From the IMG/VR virus record IMGVR_UViG_3300021368_000002: 64,000 nucleotides of DNA; one strand, 5' to 3'. The notes beneath the pieces are model-generated. The model did not search any database, was not told where the DNA came from, and saw nothing but the letters and a program-made list of their open reading frames with translations. A program made the translations under genes and the position numbers. The stretch is from a virus. Its lineage: Duplodnaviria; Caudoviricetes. Below are positions 57,682 through 64,000 of the stretch, piece by piece. Position 1 is the stretch's first letter. The number at the start of each line of letters is the position of its first letter.

Positions 57682-58088
57682 TATCTACCTTTGGCATAAT
57701 CCTGTGCATCTCTATCGATGTCGTCATCGCTTGGACGCTTATCTTCTGGATCTTCGTCATCGTCTGATGGCTCTGGATCTTTTACACCTGCTCCCATTTT
57801 TGCGCTTGCACTTTTACGCATTATTGCTTTAGCAGTTTCAACATCAACTTCAGCAGCCTTCAATGCTTCACCTGCTGATCTTGGACCAAACTGTCCACCT
57901 ATTGAAATTAGCTGTGTGCTTAATTCAGCAGCCTTATTAAATTCTTCGTCGTCCCACTTGATACCACTTGCTGGTTCTAGTGCTGCTCTAATTTTATGTC
58001 CCATATCAATAAATGGTTTATGTTCAGGCTTAATTTCAAAATGTGTTGGAATATTAGCCTCTGTGTTTACAAATTCTGATGCTCTCAT
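57681..58088 (-). CDS. Putative virion protein
   Basis: MRASEF N-terminus; acidic tail. Confidence 0.55.
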   Translation of the reverse strand: MRASEFVNTEANIPTHFEIKPEHKPFIDMGHKIRAALEPASGIKWDDEEFNKAAELSTQLISIGGQFGPRSAGEALKAAEVDVETAKAIMRKSASAKMGAGVKDPEPSDDDEDPEDKRPSDDDIDRDAQDYAKGR

Positions 58089-58099
58089 TATTATCTCCT

Positions 58100-59293
58100 C
58101 TAACGCACCTTCGCTCTATTAGCCTTTGAGAAATACTCTCTAGGTACTAATTTAATATCGCCTTCTGGATGTGCCATAACATATCCTTCGCCGCCTGAAG
58201 ACTTTCCTATCTTCTGTACAACGTCTGCATCATGCGAGTCAAACTGGTTAATAATATCATCTTTTACTTTAATTATTCCTGATACGACTTTCCATAATGC
58301 ATTAAAGGCAGTTGGATGTTGTCCTATATGTTCTAAAACTCTAGTACGCATAGGTCCACTTAATTTACTACTCGCTACCCAATCTTTAAAGTCTACTCCA
58401 AGGTTATTTAATCCTGTGTCAACTTTACTATTCAGATATGTATACAACATATCTGCAAATCCAGATAGTTTCTTTTGTTTTAATTCTACTTGGTTAAGAA
58501 GCTCATCTATTTTAGGAGCGTTCATTTTAACTATAGTTTCTAATTGTTTAATGCTTTTCATATCTACATTGGCTGCTTGAACTGCATAAGTAGGCGGCAT
58601 AGCTAAAACTTCGCTGCCTTGTAATGCAGATTCTAATCCTTGCGGAGTAACTCCTGTTTCTTTGCCTTGCAAATCAATATACCTGTGGATTACGATTCCT
58701 GTTTTACTAGTACCAATCTTCATGCCCAATGCACTGTCGGCATCAACTTCATATGTAACTAACTGTGGAGTAAAACTGTATCTTCCATTAAGTTTTGGAG
58801 GAGTGTTATAATACAACAAATCGCCTTTAAAATATCCTCTAAAGTTAGGAGCAACAGCTTTTTGATATTCGTCAAATATGTCTTTCATATTTTGAATAAA
58901 TTTTTCTCTGTCTGCTAGTTTCTTAGGGGAAGGGTCTTTAACTTTTCTATTACCTAAAACTTTACCTAACATATCTGCACTTGTTGCTTTACCATCATAT
59001 CCTTTAGCACTGAAACCTGATTTATCAGTAAGGATGAAGTCACCGTTTTCATTACGGCCAAATATAAGTGCAGGCGATCCATCCCATTTTATTGTAGTAT
59101 CTTTGTGACCACCTGTTGCCATACTTTTCAAAGCATTTAATGCTCTAGTTGCACCTTTACTACCTTCCCAGAATACTATATCTTCTGCGTGTTGAATACG
59201 AGCTTCTGCTTCAGTTAAAACTTCGCAACCGCAAGGTTCACTATAGCATTTTCCACAGACCCATTCTACTATTTTAAATTCACTGTATCTCAT
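58100..59293 (-). CDS. DUF6267-like conserved phage protein
   Basis: ARIQHAEDIV, TIKWDGSPALIFG, ILTDKSGF, KGDLLY, GGEGYV. Confidence 0.6.
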   Translation of the reverse strand: MRYSEFKIVEWVCGKCYSEPCGCEVLTEAEARIQHAEDIVFWEGSKGATRALNALKSMATGGHKDTTIKWDGSPALIFGRNENGDFILTDKSGFSAKGYDGKATSADMLGKVLGNRKVKDPSPKKLADREKFIQNMKDIFDEYQKAVAPNFRGYFKGDLLYYNTPPKLNGRYSFTPQLVTYEVDADSALGMKIGTSKTGIVIHRYIDLQGKETGVTPQGLESALQGSEVLAMPPTYAVQAANVDMKSIKQLETIVKMNAPKIDELLNQVELKQKKLSGFADMLYTYLNSKVDTGLNNLGVDFKDWVASSKLSGPMRTRVLEHIGQHPTAFNALWKVVSGIIKVKDDIINQFDSHDADVVQKIGKSSGGEGYVMAHPEGDIKLVPREYFSKANRAKVR

Positions 59294-60126
59294 TGTACCA
59301 ATACACTACTGTTTAATGTTTTTGTTAAAGACAGAATTCTATCTAACTGCTTATCGGCAAGTGTTTCAAAAGTTTTTGACTCAGGAACTTCCTTACCTTG
59401 TTTCAACATATTTTCTTTCCAAGGACCTATAAGTTCTTCGTAGTTTGGATCCTTTTTAAGAACCGCAAGCATACTATCAACTGTATGAGTATCTTTTTCT
59501 GTAGCAGATGGTCCTAATAGTAATTTAGCAATCTCATCCCAATCGTCTGCTACTACTTTGTCGCCTTGGTTTGGATCAACAAGTCCAAACTTAGGGCTCA
59601 TCTTAAATCCTCTACCTCTAGCCAAGCTAGAAAGTAAAACTGCTCTGTCAGCACCAGTGTATTGTCCTGTGCCTCCACGCTTGGCTCCACGTTGGTAAGC
59701 TGGCTTAGCTGTCATCATAAAGTCAACTTGTACATACCCTTCGCCACCTTGGATAGGCATACGGAAATGTACTTGGTCACCTGCATTGTGAATCCATCCA
59801 CCTGTAAACTTGCGACCTTGATTCATTATTTCATTATCTGCAATGCCTTTGCTTTTGCACCAAGCAGTTAGTTTGGCAATCAATTCGTCTTTGCTTATCT
59901 TATTTAGGTCAGTATTTAAATCTAAATCACCTGACGAATTCTTTTCAAAAGAACCATCTGGATCTGTCTTCTTACCTGTTGTGCCTAATAAGTCATCATC
60001 GATAAATTCTAATCCTGTAATCTTTTCAATTGCATCTACAGTAGGTCTGACTGCTGGTGTAGGAATACGCTGCGTTAGCGGACCTTGCTCTGTTTTGAAT
60101 ACGTTACCACCTTCTTTAAGAATCAT
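59290..60126 (-). CDS. Putative nucleotidyltransferase-fold virion protein
   Basis: LLGTTGK...SSGDLDL and YVQVDFM resemble the Pol-beta superfamily G[GS]..DxD..D pattern. Confidence 0.5.
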   Translation of the reverse strand: MILKEGGNVFKTEQGPLTQRIPTPAVRPTVDAIEKITGLEFIDDDLLGTTGKKTDPDGSFEKNSSGDLDLNTDLNKISKDELIAKLTAWCKSKGIADNEIMNQGRKFTGGWIHNAGDQVHFRMPIQGGEGYVQVDFMMTAKPAYQRGAKRGGTGQYTGADRAVLLSSLARGRGFKMSPKFGLVDPNQGDKVVADDWDEIAKLLLGPSATEKDTHTVDSMLAVLKKDPNYEELIGPWKENMLKQGKEVPESKTFETLADKQLDRILSLTKTLNSSVLVQ

Positions 60127-60376
60127 TACGCTTGGCCTCTATTATTTTTTGCATACCACGTTTGAATTTACGAGGATCTCCAGACTTTATGCTATTAATA
60201 AAACGTCTTTCTAATTCACCTGCTGTTTGAGGATCATAAGTTCTGTTTATACGGTTCATTAGATTAATTGCGCTTTCTAATATATTATTCGCACTGGATT
60301 CAATTAGGAAATCATTATCCCTATTAGGATGCAAATTATTAAGTTCTTCAAGTATACTTCTTGTGTGTTTTTTCAT
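60116..60376 (-). CDS. Conserved phage protein
   Basis: TRSILEEL...RFINSIKSGDPRKF.RG. Confidence 0.6.
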   Translation of the reverse strand: MKKHTRSILEELNNLHPNRDNDFLIESSANNILESAINLMNRINRTYDPQTAGELERRFINSIKSGDPRKFKRGMQKIIEAKRNDS

Positions 60377-60441
60377 TTTATATCCTCGTAATGTATTTAG
60401 CGCAGGAATAAATATGAGTAGTACACTTGGGGGAGGGCATA

Positions 60442-61206
60442 ATGTCAATAAAAGATATGAATTTCAAAGAACGTTCCTTATTATTTGCAAAACTTGCGAG
60501 CATTGCTTATAGTAACGAAAAAGAAGCAAAAAGTCAAGTGAAAAAATTAGGGTTTACAACAGTAGAATTTTACAACAGAGACGGAGCACAAGCATATCGC
60601 TTTATGAACAAAGATGACATTGTTATTGCTTGCCGTGGTACACAACCTTCAGAGTTTAACGATATAAAAGCAGATCTAAAAGCCATGCCAGTAATGGCAG
60701 AAACAGTGTCAAGAGTACACAGAGGATTCAAAGCAGAAGTAGATGAACTTTGGCCAATGGTTGAAGAAGACATCCTCCGCAAAGTTAATATTAAGAAAAC
60801 ACTTTGGTTCTGTGGGCACTCGCTTGGTGCAGCAATGGCAACCATTATGGCAAGTCGTTGCAAACACAACATCGATCTAAACGATCCTATCGAACTATAC
60901 ACATACGGGTCTCCAAGAGTAGGATGGAGAGCATACTGCAAGAGCCTAAACGTTGAACATCATCGTTGGGTAAACAACAATGACGTTGTAGCAAGAGTGC
61001 CACTTGCTATAATGGGGTATGTACATCATGGGCAAGAGCATTACATGAACGCATACGGAAACATTCGCAACATGACACCTTGGCAACGAGTTAAAGATCG
61101 CTGGCGCGGTATGTGGATGGGCATTAAGAAAGGAAGTATTGATAACTTTTCAGATCACAGCATGGTAAACTATGTTGCTAATTTAGAAAGATACAATAAA
61201 GAATGA
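60442..61206 (+). CDS. Lipase class 3 family protein
   Basis: IACRGTQP, VHRGF, FCGHSLGAA (GxSxG), TYGSPRVG, NNNDVVARVP, DHSM..Y. Confidence 0.9.
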   Translation: MSIKDMNFKERSLLFAKLASIAYSNEKEAKSQVKKLGFTTVEFYNRDGAQAYRFMNKDDIVIACRGTQPSEFNDIKADLKAMPVMAETVSRVHRGFKAEVDELWPMVEEDILRKVNIKKTLWFCGHSLGAAMATIMASRCKHNIDLNDPIELYTYGSPRVGWRAYCKSLNVEHHRWVNNNDVVARVPLAIMGYVHHGQEHYMNAYGNIRNMTPWQRVKDRWRGMWMGIKKGSIDNFSDHSMVNYVANLERYNKE

Positions 61207-61207
61207 A

Positions 61208-61423
61208 GTGAAATATTTTTTAGTAGTAATGTTTCTAATGCAAGATGGCACTTGGTTGCCCGGGGACATTATTGCGCCCGATGGCTGGAGTGCTTTGCAA
61301 TTTGAAACAGAAGAGTTGTGTTTAGCCGCAGAAGATAGAATCAACAAAAATTTTAATATGAGTGACTTCGCAGGAAAAGCATACGGCGTTTGCCTAGATT
61401 GGCAGCCAGGAGAGTCTATCTAA
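61208..61423 (+). CDS. Small hypothetical protein
   Basis: GTG start, hydrophobic N-terminus, two Cys. Confidence 0.5.
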   Translation: MKYFLVVMFLMQDGTWLPGDIIAPDGWSALQFETEELCLAAEDRINKNFNMSDFAGKAYGVCLDWQPGESI

Positions 61424-62172
61424 TCCTTACGGATTGAGTTGTTATAGTCTAATGCTTCTTCAAGCAGAGTCATACGAGTATTAGCACTGACGTTTGCACT
61501 GCGTACGGTTGCAAGGGTATCTTTAGGCAAGCAGTGTCCTCCAAAGCCTCGCTCTTTTGTTACGTGGCTATGACTTTCGCCAATACGATCATCAGCTGTA
61601 ATAAACTTACGCACCTTTTCAAAGTCTACACCTTCACCCGCACAATAGTCATACACTTGGTTAAAGAAAGTTACCTTGGTTGCTAGGTAACTATTTCTAA
61701 GTTGCTTCATTAGGATAAGTTCTTCAGGCTCGGCAGGAGTAATATTGATATTACCTAGAGCACCTAAAAACAATCCACTCCAGAATGCTACACTTTCTCC
61801 GCCAAAGTAAAAGTCACGTTTGTTAAGGGCATCTTCTTCCCAGTGTGCCGCACGTAGGAACTCTGGCGAGAACGTTATGTTCTTGTTCTTGCAAGTATCA
61901 GTTATCAATCTCCAACCTTCAGGAGAGATCGTACTCTTAATTAGGATTGGCACATCAGGTGCTTCGTCAATCACATCACACACATTGGTTACATCACAAT
62001 GTCCACTTACGTCTTTTTGCGGTGTGCTAACACATATAATTATTGCATCTGCGTGAGCAAGATTACCGTACTCGCCCTGTGCAGGATCTGAGATTATAAT
62101 CTCATGTGATTGTTTAAATATCTTTTCGTGGGCCTTGCCAACAAAGCCGTAACCTGCAATACCTATTTTCAT
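61420..62172 (-). CDS. UDP-glucose/GDP-mannose dehydrogenase family protein (lacks C-terminal domain)
   Basis: GIAGYGFVG, ICVSTP, IKSTI, FSPEFLR, GFGGHCLPKD. Confidence 0.85.
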   Translation of the reverse strand: MKIGIAGYGFVGKAHEKIFKQSHEIIISDPAQGEYGNLAHADAIIICVSTPQKDVSGHCDVTNVCDVIDEAPDVPILIKSTISPEGWRLITDTCKNKNITFSPEFLRAAHWEEDALNKRDFYFGGESVAFWSGLFLGALGNINITPAEPEELILMKQLRNSYLATKVTFFNQVYDYCAGEGVDFEKVRKFITADDRIGESHSHVTKERGFGGHCLPKDTLATVRSANVSANTRMTLLEEALDYNNSIRKD

Positions 62173-62405
62173 CGTTTACCTAATGCTCTTAGCATCATCT
62201 CCTGATCATGTTTCTTTAAATAGTCTTCTTCTATGTCACCATAGGTGCTACACTTATCTAGTTCCTGTTGCACAAAGAACAGTAGTTCGTACAGTTCTCG
62301 TTTGCTACCCCAAGTGTTAAAGCCGTCCATCCTTGGATCTGTTGCGGCCCAAGTGATCTTGCCTATGGTTCTACAGATATCTTTTATGTCCCAATCTTTT
62401 ATCAT
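62169..62405 (-). CDS. Hypothetical protein
   Basis: ORF downstream of TTGACT-17-TATATT promoter. Confidence 0.6.
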   Translation of the reverse strand: MIKDWDIKDICRTIGKITWAATDPRMDGFNTWGSKRELYELLFFVQQELDKCSTYGDIEEDYLKKHDQEMMLRALGKR

Positions 62406-62439
62406 ACAATATATAACATAGTTTTGTTATCAAGTCAAG

Positions 62440-62469
62440 AAAAAAGGCAGTGTCGTCGTTCACTGCCTT
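62440..62469 (-). terminator. Intrinsic terminator
   Basis: AAGGCAGTG-AACGACGA-CACTGCCTT-TTTT. Confidence 0.85.
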
Positions 62470-62475
62470 GGCTTC

Positions 62476-63447
62476 TTAAAGTCCGTTTGGTAAGATCACA
62501 TAATGGATAGCCAATACCAGTGCAACTGATGCACCCAAGCCTACCATCATCTTACCAAAGTCTTTTGCAACAAGTGGAAACACTGATTTGGTTTTCTTCT
62601 TACCAAAGTATGTTGCCATTGCAAGTTCTCGTCCTGCAAGTAAACCTACGAACACCCAAGTTGTACTCATTGGGATGTCATTCAGTTCCTTAAAGAAGTA
62701 CAAGCACAACCAATAGAACAAGTCGATCAATGTAGCACTACGCACATATCGTGTGTTGTGCTTCTCTAGAACAATCTGTTGGATCTTGCCGCCTTTTTCT
62801 CTAAACATAAAGAACAAGCCCGCAACAAACACAACCGATATAAAGATCATCATATCAACTGGCACCACCCGTGGTAGGAAAACTGCGATGTTTGCCATGT
62901 CATGACTTAGCCATGTCCACCACAAGCCGCCTGTTGCTACCCATTGTGCAATACGCCAAAACTTCTTGTTGCCTTCGCTAACTGGCTGTGTTTCATCATA
63001 CCACTTAGCAAAGAACTTGTGTATTGCAAACCAAATGCAATATGCAAATGCGGCTGCAACACCGTAACCCATAATAGATTTCATTAGCATTTTTTCCAAC
63101 ACAAAGGTTGAAGCAAATACTGATAGAACTAAGAATGAAGTTGATACCGGCACACCAAGTCTAGTAAGGGCTACTAGGATAGCAGGTGCTGCCGCATGAT
63201 ACCATTGGACTTCCTGCCAAGGTATTCTCGTTAGTCGTTCGTAACTGATGTCTCCACCATTTACACTCCAACCATACCACAGGGTTGCAAGTAACACTGC
63301 ACTTGCCGCGGCCCATAATGTTTTATAGTTGAATCTCTCATTGTTTGATGCCATCCATGTACCGAGAGTTTGTACTGAATCGTTTGCTATAACCGCATAT
63401 GCGGCAAGCAGGAACCCAACAAGGCTCCATAGTGTGAATGCGTCCAT
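62476..63447 (-). CDS. Multi-pass membrane transporter, PiT/PHO4-like
   Basis: About 10 TMs; two PiT-like signature repeats IANDSVQT and SHDMANIA; GVPVSTS / IPMSTT. Confidence 0.6.
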   Translation of the reverse strand: MDAFTLWSLVGFLLAAYAVIANDSVQTLGTWMASNNERFNYKTLWAAASAVLLATLWYGWSVNGGDISYERLTRIPWQEVQWYHAAAPAILVALTRLGVPVSTSFLVLSVFASTFVLEKMLMKSIMGYGVAAAFAYCIWFAIHKFFAKWYDETQPVSEGNKKFWRIAQWVATGGLWWTWLSHDMANIAVFLPRVVPVDMMIFISVVFVAGLFFMFREKGGKIQQIVLEKHNTRYVRSATLIDLFYWLCLYFFKELNDIPMSTTWVFVGLLAGRELAMATYFGKKKTKSVFPLVAKDFGKMMVGLGASVALVLAIHYVILPNGL

Positions 63448-63824
63448 TTTTTATCTCCTCGCTTGACGGCTTTACCCCGTCGCTCACTATTAAGACCGAG
63501 CTCGACGTCTGCTCGGCAATGTTATTTACACTATAAGATAAATTCTTAACTGTGTCAACCTAAAGTTGACAGACTCATGCAAAAATAGCATAACAGTCTT
63601 TACAAAAAAGCAGTAGACTTTTGTGTTATACTATAGTATAGTATGATAAATAGTTGGGAATAGGACAGTGATACTGCACTATTTTAAACTCCTAGAGCGT
63701 CTTCAGCTCTATAAAAATGATGAAGGGCATTTCCTATGCCATACAAAGGTAGCGCCGGGAGAGACCGGGGTACGTGACAGACCTTATTAGCCACACATAC
63801 ACATATACAAAGGAGAATGTAGCA

Positions 63825-64000
63825 ATGACTACACTAATCAATACGGCCAATTGGGTTGGCCTGCCATCTATCGCGGGATGGTTAAAGAAGCAAAGCGTAA
63901 AAATCAAAGCAAGAAGACTTGCAAATCAAACTGTAAAAGAACTATCAAGACTTTCAGATCGTGAACTAAACGATATGGGTCTTTCACGCTGTGACATTCG
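63825..64000 (+). CDS. DUF1127 small protein (runs off the window edge; missing from ORF track)
   Basis: MTTLINTANW...ELSRLSDRELNDMGLSRCDI; AAGGAG SD. Confidence 0.85.
   Translation, partial: MTTLINTANWVGLPSIAGWLKKQSVKIKARRLANQTVKELSRLSDRELNDMGLSRCDI

Noticed and set aside
63715-63760. Hammerhead ribozyme (AUGAUGA followed by a hairpin)
   Set aside because: Core is not CUGAUGA and the required GAAA after stem II is absent.
1-64000. CRISPR array, DGR, integrase or alternative genetic code
   Set aside because: No regularly spaced repeats, reverse transcriptase or recombinase seen; ORFs are long and tightly packed in the standard code and no suppressor tRNA is present. The PD-(D/E)XK nuclease at 51904 is a solo phage exonuclease without cas context.

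Overview
A 64-kb, AT-rich segment of a very large T4-like (myovirus-type) bacteriophage, mostly coded on the minus strand. Support for a phage origin: PAAR gene, a 2155-aa tail-fibre-like protein, nrdAB with glutaredoxin, recurrent TAAATA late-promoter motifs and strong sigma70 promoters. The host is probably a marine alphaproteobacterium (inference from a circularly permuted two-piece tmRNA with tag ANDNFAPELALAA, a DUF1127 gene, a HemO/PcyX-type bilin pair and curli csgF/csgG). The window holds 8 tRNAs, a tmRNA, translation and proteostasis genes (IF-1, S21, TilS, ClpP, ClpS, Hsp20), nucleotide and cofactor genes (QueD, GuaC, SpeD, NrdAB, NfuA-like), a curli + FecR + CHASE2 adenylate cyclase locus and many virion proteins. 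The most striking observation is not in the ORF track: a complete ribosome-dependent transcription-attenuator architecture at 16464-16650 (promoter, SD, a 20-codon leader peptide containing Pro-Trp-Cys-Pro-Pro, mutually exclusive protector/antiterminator/terminator helices) sits directly in front of exactly tRNA-Trp, tRNA-Pro and tRNA-Cys. This suggests a phage tRNA operon switched on when those same tRNAs run short. All product calls come from motif recognition by eye; no database searches were run. Several CDS starts were moved from the ORF track to the ATG/TTG with the best SD.
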